Shown: in pieces, positions 1-14,170 of the stretch | Layout of the letters: every line of letters begins with the position of its first letter | Position numbering within the stretch: position 1 is the stretch's first letter | Origin: Picochlorum sp. SENEW3 | Taxonomy: Eukaryota | Length of the DNA stretch: 64,000 bases | Assembly (NCBI GenBank): GCA_034226945.1 | Contig: CP120455.1 | Span: 744,001 to 808,000 of the forward strand | Reading direction: 5' to 3' | Notes under the pieces: model-generated | What the model was told of the DNA's origin: nothing | Seen by the model: only the letters and a program-made list of their open reading frames with translations | The model's database searches: none | Translations under genes and position numbers: made by a program

Positions 1-1
1 G

Positions 2-997
2 TCTGTTGACAAGTTGGACCTGGATACGGTGATTCCACCAGAGCCAATAGATCCGAATGATCCCAAATCAAAGAAGAGGCGATATGAGGATCATAGTGAG
101 GAGGAGGGGGAAGGGCATGAGGCCTTTGATGAGCAAGAGCTTCGCCATCATGAGGAAGTGACCAAAGTGAAGAATATTGGCAAGATTGAGCTTGGACGAT
201 ACCAAATGGACACATGGTACTTCTCTCCCTTGCCACAAGAGTATAATGGCGTTAACACTTTGTATTTCTGTGAGTATGACTTGGCATTTTTCAAGAAGAG
301 GGACGAAATGTTGAGGCACTTGAAAAAGGTGCGGAATCTCCACCCTCCAGGAGCAGAGATTTACAGGCACAAAGGGATTTCCATGTTTGAGATTGATGGG
401 AGACGAGAAAAGGAGTACTGCCAAAATCTGTGCTATTTGGCCAAATTATTCCTTGATCATAAAACTCTCACGTATGACGTGGATTTTTTCCTGTTCTACG
501 TCATGTGTGAGTGTGATGAACGAGGTGCCCACATCACAGGATATTTCTCCAAGGAAAAGTATTCTGAAGAAGGGCGCAATTTGGCATGTATTTTGACATT
601 GCCAGCATATCAAAGGAGAGGATACGGTAAATTTTTGATTTCATTTTCCTATGAATTAAGTAAAATAGAGAAGAAAGCAGGAACTCCAGAGAGACCATTA
701 TCTGATCTTGGACTTGTGTCATATCGTGGGTACTGGACCAGAACTTTGCTGACTATTTTGAAAGAAATGGAGGGATCGGTCAGTATAAAAGAGCTTAGCG
801 AGATGACAATGATCAAGCCTGAGGATATTATATCGACATTGCAGCATTTGAAAATGATCCAGTACATCAAGGGTCAGCATGTGATTTGTGCAGCTCCGCA
901 TGCCGTGGAGGCTCATCTCAAAGCATGTGGATCGCCAGGGCTCCCGGTTGAGCCATCGAAAATCATTTGGACCCCGCATGATCATTCAAAAGATTAA
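2..997 (+). CDS. MYST-family histone acetyltransferase (Esa1/Tip60/HAM-like), 5'-truncated by the window edge
   Basis: Motifs TWYFSP, YCQNLCYLAKLFLDHKTL, NLACIL, QRRGYG (acetyl-CoA binding) and GTPERPLSDLG. The frame is open to the window start. Confidence 0.95.
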   Translation, partial: SVDKLDLDTVIPPEPIDPNDPKSKKRRYEDHSEEEGEGHEAFDEQELRHHEEVTKVKNIGKIELGRYQMDTWYFSPLPQEYNGVNTLYFCEYDLAFFKKRDEMLRHLKKVRNLHPPGAEIYRHKGISMFEIDGRREKEYCQNLCYLAKLFLDHKTLTYDVDFFLFYVMCECDERGAHITGYFSKEKYSEEGRNLACILTLPAYQRRGYGKFLISFSYELSKIEKKAGTPERPLSDLGLVSYRGYWTRTLLTILKEMEGSVSIKELSEMTMIKPEDIISTLQHLKMIQYIKGQHVICAAPHAVEAHLKACGSPGLPVEPSKIIWTPHDHSKD

Positions 998-1040
998 GAA
1001 ATATATTGTAACTTATTATATCAAACAGCGAGAAAAGAGC

Positions 1041-3005
1041 TTACGCATCCTGATGTGATGCCTTGCGGCAAGATTTTGCCCTCTGTAATCTATCTTGTAT
1101 TATTTGCCTATTGAAATTTGTCCCGCTGGGCGATCTAGCCGCAGATTTAATCCAGGTGATGCTATCTTTTACCAATCTTTTCTTACTAGATGCATCTTTG
1201 ATCTCTGCCTTTCTGGCTTTTTCGTCTCTGAGAGTCTCTTCCTGTCTGGCTCGCTCTTCATCTCTTTCCTGGTACCATTTGACAGCTGCAGGAATTAGCT
1301 GCAGCTTCCAGACATCGTAATAGTACGCAGCCATGACACGACAAGACACATGAGGTAGAAATTCGTCTTTGATGCGCTTGAAATTTCTTCCATGCTTTGT
1401 CATGCCATTTCCAAATGCCTCTTGTTCCTCGCTTGTCAGGGCATTCACCATATGCGCTCCCATCTTTTTCAGCCCCAGCATATCTGTCAGACTTCCTGCT
1501 GCATTTATTAGCTTCTCAGATTCCTCCATAATCTTTTTTGCTCTCTTTTCTCTATTCATACGCATTGGCTCATCAATATTTTGCCTCTTTGGTGGAGGGA
1601 CTGTCCCAGAGGCTGCTATGAGTGTGCCACTGAGGCGCCTCTCCCGTTCCTCATCAACCGCTGAAGAATCTTCCTTCTTTGGTGGTATGGTCACCTGATA
1701 CATCGAACCCCACCTGACATCAGTCCTTGCAGCTGGATCTCCTTCAACCACTGCTGTGCTCCTTCGCAACATGCCATGTACCATGGCTTGCGACGGGCTG
1801 CCCAGTCCATTCAAATCAATCCGCGGAGAAAAGATGAGCGGCGATTCCATTTTAGGCTTCTTGGTGCCTTTTCTCCGTCTCCTCGCATCTCCAGCAGCCT
1901 GACCATTTTGTGCTCGCCACTGCTTCATGTCTGAGATGTTTGACAAGATTCTTTCGTATTCCTGAAACTGATCCATCACAGTGCGTTGGACGTTTGCAGG
2001 AGGATCATGCAAATTTCCTACTCGCCGTGCTGCATACTTCAAATACTCAATGCTTCCCTTCAAAGAATCCTGAATAGTAAATTGTGGCAGCATGTCTGGT
2101 GTCCAAGACACACGCCTCCACCGCTCTGAGGCAACTTCATACAGAGGATCTGGCTGAACAAAGTCCTTCCTCACTGTGGAGTGAATATACGCCATTCCAC
2201 AAGCTACGTCATATCCAGAATACCAGGTGGATATTGGACTACCTTTATTTTGTGCCACAACAACCTTGGGCTTTTTCGCTCTCCTCTTGGCCTTGTGTAC
2301 ATCAGCAGAGACAAGTTGCTCAACTGCTAGGGCCAATGCATCCAACATTGTGGTATCTGCTGCTGCTGCTTCTTCTTGGGCACTTTGCTGTTCTGTTTCC
2401 TGATCGTCAGCAGAAGGCAGGCTCATGGTGGCTGACGTTGTATCATCGCCATCTAGAGGATGCAAAGCCTCTTTTGAGGTGACCACTATTGGGACAACAT
2501 AATTTCTTGCTCCAGGGGACACGCGCTTGAACGCATCTATCACTGCAATATTTCCATATGCTTCACTTCCTGACACATCAGAGTGCTTTAAATCATCAGA
2601 GCCAGAGAGCATCATCTCATCATCTCTCATCTCATCAGAAGAGACAGGTTGATCTTCTACTATTTCTTCTCCCTCCTCAGGATTGTAATCAGATACATTA
2701 TACTCTGATTGGTCTGAATGTGACCCTGACGAAGAAGAAGAGGAGGAAGAAGCAGATGGAGGAAAAGAAAATGAAGTTCTTCGTGTCCTCCTTGCAGACT
2801 GCCGAGCAGGCTCCTGGCTCTCCCGTCCATCCCTCCTACGCCTCTTTTTGGAAACCGGCATAAACACTTGTTTCAATTGAGACTCAACCCCCTGTGCCAC
2901 CAGGCCAACCTCTGACCTCTCCCCCACGGGTACACATTTGAAAGGCTGTACAATATACAAGCTTTTCTCTTCCCTCTCTGGGGCAGCAACTTTGCTCCCT
3001 TCCAT
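1041..3005 (-). CDS. ELM2-SANT domain chromatin/transcription regulator
   Basis: 654-aa ORF with ELM2-like VRWGSMYQVTIP and SANT-like LTSEEQEAFGNGMTKHGRNFKRIKDEFLPHVSCRVMAAYYY; acidic/Ser-rich N-terminus. Confidence 0.7.
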   Translation of the reverse strand: MEGSKVAAPEREEKSLYIVQPFKCVPVGERSEVGLVAQGVESQLKQVFMPVSKKRRRRDGRESQEPARQSARRTRRTSFSFPPSASSSSSSSSGSHSDQSEYNVSDYNPEEGEEIVEDQPVSSDEMRDDEMMLSGSDDLKHSDVSGSEAYGNIAVIDAFKRVSPGARNYVVPIVVTSKEALHPLDGDDTTSATMSLPSADDQETEQQSAQEEAAAADTTMLDALALAVEQLVSADVHKAKRRAKKPKVVVAQNKGSPISTWYSGYDVACGMAYIHSTVRKDFVQPDPLYEVASERWRRVSWTPDMLPQFTIQDSLKGSIEYLKYAARRVGNLHDPPANVQRTVMDQFQEYERILSNISDMKQWRAQNGQAAGDARRRRKGTKKPKMESPLIFSPRIDLNGLGSPSQAMVHGMLRRSTAVVEGDPAARTDVRWGSMYQVTIPPKKEDSSAVDEERERRLSGTLIAASGTVPPPKRQNIDEPMRMNREKRAKKIMEESEKLINAAGSLTDMLGLKKMGAHMVNALTSEEQEAFGNGMTKHGRNFKRIKDEFLPHVSCRVMAAYYYDVWKLQLIPAAVKWYQERDEERARQEETLRDEKARKAEIKDASSKKRLVKDSITWIKSAARSPSGTNFNRQIIQDRLQRAKSCRKASHQDA

Positions 3006-3781
3006 GACTATTCCAATCCTAGGATCCCAATTCAGATTCTGTCTACATGCAGAGTATAATGGAACACCAGTATGAGAAGCAGAACTATATGCGTTGCATC
3101 AATTCAATGAAGAAGGTCAATAAAGACACTATTCATTGTCTGTATGAATGTGATGGGCTCACGACATCATCCTTTCAATCGCGGTAGCAAACAAGACTAC
3201 ATGTGGTTTGTACAAACACGTCCGCGAGAAAAACAAGACACACACCTCACCCTACCAATCCAAGCGTCTATTCCTCTCCTTTTGTCGCCTTCACAATCTA
3301 ATTCTATGATTAAGGTATAAAATAAGAAAAAGATGGAATCTTTCGGGACGACTAGACTTTCAAAACGAAAACAGCGAATCAAATGCTGAATACCCGTGTC
3401 TTCGCGCTGCCGTTCCCCAGAGGACTCGACTGCAATAGGACTATGACATATACTATAAAATTATTGAAAAACTAAGAATAGATTGTAATGGGCGAGGGAC
3501 GTGGATCAGTGAAAGCACTACCCACATGAGGCATCATGCAATACAAAGTTCCTTCATTAAAATTATGAAAACGACCAGTCGTAGTCTCAAGCCCAGATTT
3601 GCGCATGATGAAGTCATTTCTATCCAAATTCTCTTCTTTTCTGGACAAAGAGAGCAAGAGAGAACCGATATATGGCACTATTTCCTCAGGAATATTCCGT
3701 AATTGAGACATTAGTGGAGATCATCTGGATCAATGTTATAGATGCGTGTGCTACTCAGAAGCATTAATAGAGCAATAGAAA

Positions 3782-4240
3782 ATGTCAATGCTAGTGCAAA
3801 GAAGCGCCCGTAGTGTTCGCCTTCTGTTAGGACGGGACATTTCGAACTGTCAAACATCGACTGCTGGCAGAATTGGTACGTTGATGTATTTGAAAGCGAA
3901 TCAGGCATCAATGCATTCATATCATCGTGCAATATATGTAGGTTTTAGCAGTGAGAGTACCGATGGGGCCAGAAGGGTTGTGCCTGGCTTGAATGTGTTG
4001 AAAAATGGCAAAGATCCTGAGGAACTGAAGGATGAAGATGTGCCGGAGTGGCTGTGGAAGTTGGCGGATGAAGGGAATGGGAAGAGCCTAGTGGAGATGC
4101 AAAGGAAAGTAGCTCGGATGATGGAGGAGGGAGAGGAGCATAGAGATGTTGTGGAGATGATGAGGGAGACCAAGTATTTGAACAAGCTGCAGAATAGATC
4201 CAAGATTAGAGCACGAAATACGCTTAAAGCTAAAAAGTAA
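3782..4240 (+). CDS. Mitochondrial ribosomal protein mL54 (yeast L37 family)
   Basis: Signature GLNVLKNGKDPEELKDEDVPEWLWKL, C-terminal KLQNRSKIRARN, Arg-rich presequence. Confidence 0.8.
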   Translation: MSMLVQRSARSVRLLLGRDISNCQTSTAGRIGTLMYLKANQASMHSYHRAIYVGFSSESTDGARRVVPGLNVLKNGKDPEELKDEDVPEWLWKLADEGNGKSLVEMQRKVARMMEEGEEHRDVVEMMRETKYLNKLQNRSKIRARNTLKAKK

Positions 4241-4340
4241 ATGGCGTTTCTTACAGACAATATGCTACGCAAATATACGGTGTTGAGTTTTATGTAAAAG
4301 AGATAGTACGTGTAAATCAGTAGACTGTGCATGACATTCT

Positions 4341-6538
4341 TTAGACTGACGGTTGATTGAGAACTTTTGACCTTCTTGAGCGAAGACTGGAGAGGTAGGA
4401 GTGGAGGTATTCTTGTGACTGCGAGGCTCGCAATGAGTAAAACTCGGTCATTCCTTGTTTAACGTCCGATGACATTGCCTTGTTAAAGGCAGGTGCACAA
4501 GATACTCCAGTTCTCATGTCTGCAGAGAGGGCAATTGCTTCCACATCAAAGGAAACATGTTCTTGGGTTCTGTACACAAAGGCCCTGGCAATGAAGACAT
4601 ATCCAACAAGCACGATGGCCATGATGATTGCCAATGTGAAGAAGAAGTAATCCCTGCAATGAATATGTATATGACGTGTGAGTAATCCCTGTCATGCAAA
4701 GTTGATCGATATATATATATGACATACATGTGACCCTGGTTGACGTTGTCTGCCACCCACCCAGGTGATCCTCCAGTGGCTGTAATGGCTTGAATGATTG
4801 CCACAAAAGCTGCGGCAACGTACGAGCCTAGACCGGTGCATAACAGCTGCAAAGCTGCGCACGTGGAACGCATTCCATCTGGTGCCTCCTGGTAGAACAA
4901 TTCCATACTTCCAATCATAGCTCCAACTTCTGACATACCAACCAATGCATACTGGGGTATTTGCCACCATACAGACATTGGGACTGTTGGTGCACCATCC
5001 TGAGTTGGATCTACATTTTCAAGGTTGTTGTCATTGACAATATTGAGCCTCACAACTTCAACAATGCCAGCAACAACCATCGACAAGATGGCACACACGT
5101 ATCCACCACCGATTCTGACAAGAGGAGAGATTGGACGGCCCCACTTTTTGAATGCTGGCACAATGAGCATGTCGTAAATGAACACAAAAATAATCACAGA
5201 GATGGAATCCAACACTGACACAGTTGCTGGAGCTACATTCAATGAACCCAACGCTGTATCCATTCCTTCTCCTTGAAGAACAAACATGGTAGTCATTTGA
5301 GCATAAATTGCATTATAGAATATCAATGTGAAAGCGACTGGGAGCAGCCTTGATATGGCTTTGACTTCTTCAACTTCAGTCACAGTTTTCAGGAATTTGT
5401 CAATCTTGTCCTTCAGATCCCCTGTCGTAGCCTCAACATCCTCTTCTGACTCATCGCTGACTTCTTGTATGGCGCCAAGTTCTTGTGGGACTGCTGCTTT
5501 ATCAAGCCATTTCATACCTTGAGTGTGAGGCAACTTTGGCTGCCCAGGAACAATACTCCAGTCTCCTGGCACTTCATGAAGATGGCGAGGGTCTTCTGGA
5601 AGCTTTCTCTTGCGATAGGCAATGGCAGCACGAATTGTCTTGAAAATGCGTACAAACGGTGATCCACCTGGTGGCAAACGCACGTAGAACTTTGAACCAA
5701 GAAGGAAAATGACACAAGCAACAGCAAACGCTCCTGCAGGGACAGCAAATCCAACGGTCCAGGATACATTTGTCTGCAGATTCACAATCACAGTTGCACT
5801 CAGAATAGCGCCAAAATTGATGGATGCATAAAAGTAGTTGAAATAACTTGGCAGCATTTTAAGCTGCCTTGGATCCTCCTTGTCAAACTGATCAGCTCCG
5901 AATGTTGACACGTTAGGCTTGATACCTCCCGTACCCAACGCAACGAGATACATCATGATCCAAAAGAATGCAGCCTGACCAGTGGAAGCATTCTGTCCTG
6001 GATCTGGCAGCAATGCAGGGATACCAGCTGACAATGCAAGCCCTGTCAGACCAATCATGTATATGATGGAGAACCAAAATATGATCCAGAACCGACCAAA
6101 ATATGCATCAGCAAAGAAGGCACCAATCAATGGTGTCAGATAGCAGGTGCCAGACCAGATATTCACAAACGATGCAGCTGAACTATTACTGATGTTTAAC
6201 TCCCCCGTCAGAAACGTGATAATATTTGTAGCAATCCCGTAATAGGCCAAACGTTCGCAAAACTCTTGACCAATGATGAAGGGGGCCCTAGTAAACATAG
6301 GATTGGAGCGCCACGGCAACTTGTCTGACGCTGAAACAGGAGGAGCCGACTTTGAATGTGCCATATCAAAGGGAGACAAGGTTGTGTTATGAGCAAGCAT
6401 CTTCCTTTTCTTGTCCTCCGAGGCTGTCACCTCAATCGTTTCTTCATTGCTCTCAGATGCAGCAACATCCGCAGTCTCTTCTTTTGCTCCGTCGGAACCA
6501 GCAGGGGGTAGGGTCTTATCAACCAAATCACCTGACAT
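4341..6538 (-). CDS. NRT1/PTR (NPF/POT) family nitrate/peptide transporter, 2 exons
   Basis: EFCERLAYYG (ExxER), GAFFADAYFGRF, GTGGIKPNVSTFGADQFD and WQIPQY. Intron 4654-4727 (GTATGT..TGCAG) restores GHMDYFFF. Likely ATG at 6538. Confidence 0.93.
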
Positions 6539-6847
6539 TGTCGAATATAAATTCAAACCCAGTATTAACCTTGAATTACAATGATACAATACTCTTATAG
6601 ATATGCATCAAAATGATACGAGATGCGCTAGACAAAGTCCCGAAACCAAAAGCGAGAGATTTGTCAGGGCAAAAGTTGCGATATCTGCTCTGTAGACTCT
6701 TGAGCGAATCTCGTATCTTGATAGGCTACAACAATTTTATGACAATTTTATCACCTTCAAAAACCTGTCGTAGTCCTACATTTACGGTTGTCATGGTAGG
6801 GTTACGATTGATTGCTCCAAGATTTTTCGGACGGCGGGTCCCGCGTC

Positions 6848-6988
6848 CCCCAATTGGGGATATCCCCCTATCGATATAGCGCTATAGCCCCATGGTGCGC
6901 TTGGCCAAGCGCTTGGCCACGCATGGGGGACATTTGGGGGATCTTAAGATCCGATAGCTATTTATAGCGCCTATATATATATAGGCGC
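6848..6988. repeat. Chain of overlapping perfect palindromes upstream of the NPF gene
   Basis: ccccaattgggg, ggggatatcccc, tatcgata, tatagcgctata, gcgcttggccaagcgc, tggccaagcgcttggcca, ggatcttaagatcc, gcgcctatatatatataggcgc. Confidence 0.9.
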
Positions 6989-7082
6989 ATTCAACAGTGA
7001 TCCATCATGGAAGAAGAGGCAAGAATGCCTTGATAAAACATTGACAGAATAATTCACAGATTCGTTATACTATGTAACTATG

Positions 7083-7820
7083 TCAGATCTCCTTGCAATA
7101 GAGTGCATTTGGGGTTCTATTTTGCAGTTTGACCAGCCAACTGTCTGCTGCCACCTGCTTGTACCCAGCTTGCTCATACAAAGAATTGGCCGCCTCGTCT
7201 CCCAATCTCACATGAAGATATATCGTATGATACCCCTGAGATTGGCTGAAATGTTCCACACACTGCAGCATGTGCTTTGCTAGTCCCATTCTACGAAAAC
7301 TCGTATCCACTGCAATATTGCACAAATATGCATCGTCGTCCGGAGGCTTGAGCGACAAGAAATTTTCCCTTGATTTACTACAGAATGAAATAGATGCTGT
7401 GGCTACAATCCGACTCTCCTGCCCCTCGGGCAACCATGATGGAGAGGGGTCTTCATCTGCCACCACTGGATGCATTTTACCAACCAGCATGGCCCCCTCT
7501 GGCATTCTATCCAACATACTGCGACAATACTCTTTACACTCTTGAATTGGAATGTACTGCGGTGATGCAGCAAATGCTCGCGTCAGTACCACAGAAGCAG
7601 CAGAAATGTCTTCAACAGACATTTCTGACACTGAGAATACCTTGTGCTCAAACTTCAGTGGCTCAAACTCATGGCGCATATGTGGCACATTTTCTCTAGA
7701 ATCGTGATATGGCATGACCCTTCCATCGCTACTGGTCGCCCGTCCCGTGAATTGGCAGTGAGCTGCCCTTCGAGGGGCAATGCCACTCGAAAGAGTACAC
7801 GGGCGTGGTGTTGCCCACAT
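7083..7820 (-). CDS. GNAT-family N-acetyltransferase, probably plastid-targeted
   Basis: AYLCNIAVDTSFRRMGLA (motif A) and LHVRLGDEAANSLYEQAGY (motif B). Transit-peptide-like start MWATPRPC at 7820. Confidence 0.88.
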   Translation of the reverse strand: MWATPRPCTLSSGIAPRRAAHCQFTGRATSSDGRVMPYHDSRENVPHMRHEFEPLKFEHKVFSVSEMSVEDISAASVVLTRAFAASPQYIPIQECKEYCRSMLDRMPEGAMLVGKMHPVVADEDPSPSWLPEGQESRIVATASISFCSKSRENFLSLKPPDDDAYLCNIAVDTSFRRMGLAKHMLQCVEHFSQSQGYHTIYLHVRLGDEAANSLYEQAGYKQVAADSWLVKLQNRTPNALYCKEI

Positions 7821-7885
7821 TTTTATTAAAAACTTAGAAAAATGAATACAAAACGTAGTGGAGGGATGCATGTATATGTACGGAA

Positions 7886-9457
7886 TCAGATGGAATCCAA
7901 TGCCTGTTCCAGGTCTGCCCAAATATCATCTACTGGCTCAATGCCGCAGGAGAATCTGATCAAATTGTCCTTGATACCTATCTCAGCTCGCTTATCTGGG
8001 CCTTGATCCCAGTAACTGACCACTGTTGGCTGCTCAATTAATGTCTCTACTCCTCCAAGGGATGGAGCAATGTATGGTAGCTTGACAGCATCAATGAGGG
8101 CTGCTGTTCGCCACAGGTCTCCATCTACTTCAAAACTGACAACACCTCCAAATCCTTTCATTTGTTGTTTCGCGATCTCATGGTCTGGATGGTTCTCCAG
8201 ACCAGGATAATGTACATGAGAAATCTTTGGGTGCGCTGAAAGGCGACGAGCGAGCTCCATGCCTGTTGCATTTTGCCTCTCTACTCGAACATCAAGAGTC
8301 TTCATACCTCTCATTACCAAATACGCTGCATGTGGATCTATAGTTCCTCCAAGAATATGGTGCATGTGTCGCACGGATGCAACCAAATCTGATCGCCCAG
8401 CAATGGCCCCAGCTAAAACATCCTGATGTCCTCCCAAGTACTTTGTAGCTGAGTGGATCACAAGATCAGCTCCCAGAGTAATAGCCTGTTGATTAATTGG
8501 AGTCGCAAACGTCGAGTCTATGACGACAGCTGCACCCTTTGGCTCACAGAGAGCCTTGATCTTGGGAATATCCACACAACGCAGATATGGATTTGTTGGA
8601 GATTCAGAAAAGAAGAGAGCAACATTGTGCTCATCCAAAGCTCTCTCCAATGCTCCAAGGTCAGATGGATCAATCACTGTCGCTGTGATTCCCATTTTGG
8701 GTAAAAAGGTTTGAATAAATTGCCTGCGCATGGGGGATGAATCAATAAAAACACATACATTTCCCCCCAACCTAAAACAGTAGCATTCCTAGAAAACGCA
8801 CCTTGTTCTTCTATAGCAGTCTGTCGTCGTCACAATATGACCCCCTGCCGGCACAAGAGCCAAAAGCATGGTCGTCGCAGAGTTCATCCCACTCGAGGAC
8901 ACCAAGCAATCTTCTGCAAGCTCCATCGCCTTGATCTTATCCTCCAACGTCTTGACTGTTGGATTCCCATACCTTCCATATTCATAACTACCATAACGAC
9001 CCTCCTGATAATCGATCAACTCTTGTGTATTCGTAAATGTATACGTCGCAGTCTGAACAATTGGCGTCGTCAGAGAATCTGCACCCAATACCAGATATAT
9101 AATCCATCATGAGTAATATTAGAACATCATATGTGAAGAATTGCCCCCAATCGGTGACAAAAACCCACCTGACACTCGTGGTCTGCCAGACATTTCTCCC
9201 CCATGCACCGCCAGTAACCCATTACTGCTCTCTACGCCCACCGTATGTGGCACACCATTTTTCTGATCAGAACTCTGCTCATGGATCGCATGATCAGGAA
9301 CTGCAGATACGAATATCTGCTGTCTGGAAATGCTTTTGGAAGGCCGGACGAATGGAACGATACGCCCTTGCTTCCCCGGCAGACTATGCATTCCCCGAGT
9401 GGTCAGAGGAGAGTATATGTTCCTCAGTTGGTCACATGATACGAACAGCGGTGCCAT
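7886..9457 (-). CDS. CGS1: Cystathionine gamma-synthase (plant/plastid type), 3 exons
   Basis: YGRYGNPT, FFSESPTNP, HSATKYLGGH (PLP lysine) and IAPSLGG. Introns 9079-9168 and 8724-8801 join the ORFs in frame. Confidence 0.93.
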
Positions 9458-9682
9458 GCTTCTTCTATCGTCGAATGCGTTCTATCAGCCACCAATCGCC
9501 ACGCTCTCAGGTATGTCTCTTGATCGCTCGTCGAATATGATCTATATAAAGTAATTCAACTACAATTTTAGTATGGGAGCAGATTGTGATCGGTACGCAT
9601 CCGAGGATACGAATCAATCATCTCGTGGGTGGGTGGCTCTCTTGTGTCTCTCCCAAGAAATCAGTGTCATTAATTACATGGA

Positions 9683-10936
9683 TTAAAACAGACCAAATAG
9701 TTTCGTTTTGGTTGGTTCAGACTTCCAGTAGTCTTCACCTTGCAGATCAATCACTATGACTGCGACATTATCGCTGGTTCTTCGCCGAGTGGCAATATCC
9801 ACCAGTCTGGATGCTGCCTCTGCAGGCCTGCGTCCCTTTCTCAAATCCTTCTTGACAAAGTCACATCCTTCTTTACTGGATACAACATCCCATAGTCCAT
9901 CAGATGCTACGATCACAAATTCATCTGTGTCGGACGATACGCTCATCTCTAAAACATCTGGTACTGATATGACTGGGTCCTTGACAAAGGTGACCGAATC
10001 TGCAAATTCTTTGGACCAGAACCCATCGCGAATGCCATCGGCTAACAAGTTTTTGAGACCTTCTCCTTTGAAATTGGCGTCCCCGAAAGCCCGAGATACA
10101 GCCAAAACACCGCATACTCTTCCATCTTCCACCCATCCGCCAGACTCTTCAACACGCTGTGATTCTGCAGCAACCACCTCTCCAGTCCCGTACACTCTAT
10201 GCTCGGTACTAAGATCAATTGGACCATTTGTGCGAGACATGACTGCTCTACTATCTCCTACGTTTGCTACGATGATTCGTTCCTTGTTCACAAGAACTGT
10301 TGTTGCAGTACACCCACTCCCACGCTCTGGATCTGGTTGTTCTGCATACACCTATTCCATTCAAGTATACGACACTCATACACCAGTACAATAGCACGTA
10401 CGTGTCAGCCATGATAAAAGCTTTTCATCCGCCTTTCTGTATGAATCAGTCAACACGGATGTCAACTCTAAAGGACAACACAACCCCTCATCCATCTCCT
10501 CTGGCAGACACACAGCACCGACAGAATACTCTGTTAAAACACTCTTGACAGAATCGAACAAGTGCTCTTCTAAATACGCTGCTGATGCGATACCAGCATG
10601 CCCATCAAGCACAGCTACACAGCAACGTATTGTCACATGCCTGGTAGTATTCCATCATCGAATCTCGGAATATAACAACGTACTTGCAAACATATAGCCA
10701 CATGGACCATTTTCAACAACATATGAGACATCCTCCATCGTCTCTCGTGGACCTTGGGTGGATGCCATGCCATATCCGGGCACTGGGGAAGAGTTGCCCC
10801 TATTATTGCCAGTGGGTTCAGTCGTCTCGACTACAGATCTACTACCGACGTAGACTATACCATGGTGTCTTACTCGTGTCTTATGACATGTGTGTGGAAT
10901 GCGTAAAGCATTGACCCCACGCGTTGTCGTGAACAT
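9683..10936 (-). CDS. Protein phosphatase 2C, 3 exons
   Basis: QGPRETMED, VLDGHAG, VANVGDSRAV, LAVSRAFGD, ASDGLWD and SDNVAVIVI. Introns approximately 10615-10683 and 10342-10401. Confidence 0.92.
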
Positions 10937-11104
10937 TCCACGGAAGCCACGTGACACTGCAACTCTTTCTTCTTCTTTGTGGTGTGGAAACCCTGGCCGA
11001 TTTTTCGAAGACTGCGTGTTGATTGAGACTCTGTTTTTTTTTTTTTAATGAATCCTATATGAGCAGGGCTGAATGCATGGCAGAGTTGCCTCTCCCTAGA
11101 GACA

Positions 11105-11153
11105 GAAGAGATCTGCTAGCAGATCTCTTCGAAGAGAAGAATTCTTCGAATTC
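11105..11153. repeat. Second chain of overlapping palindromes (upstream of PP2C and of the HSP70 fragment)
   Basis: 26-bp perfect palindrome gaagagatctgctagcagatctcttc (11105-11130), tctcttcgaagaga (11124-11137), gaagaattcttc (11136-11147), gaattc. Confidence 0.88.
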
Positions 11154-11209
11154 TTCAGTCATACATGCATAGTCGCTGCAAAAGTGTATTACAAGGAAGC
11201 AAATGATGA

Positions 11210-14010
<2,801 letters not shown>

Positions 14011-14170
14011 GCTAATGAAATAATTTGAGCTACTAAACCATATCGCAAGCCTTCTCTCCGCAAGGGAAAACGGAACAAGAGCGTTCAAATTGCTCCTTCA
14101 ATTCAGTTTGTGTAGTTCTCACTACGACTTCAACTCCATCAATAATTAATATACACTTTTTTTTTCCTGT

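Noticed and set aside
4646..4691. Duplicated acceptor/exon start (agtaatccctg) inside the NPF intron as an alternative splice site
   Set aside because: Its use would leave a 39-bp intron, shorter than others here, and shift the frame.
9756..10394. Long antisense ORFs (212 aa here; also 28968-29594, 49072-49593, 31372-31863)
   Set aside because: Shadow frames opposite longer or well-supported genes, with no recognisable motifs.
11124..11156. GAA/TTC-rich tract as a heat-shock element for the HSP70 fragment
   Set aside because: The spacing does not fit nGAAnnTTCn, and the fragment is internal coding sequence rather than a gene start.
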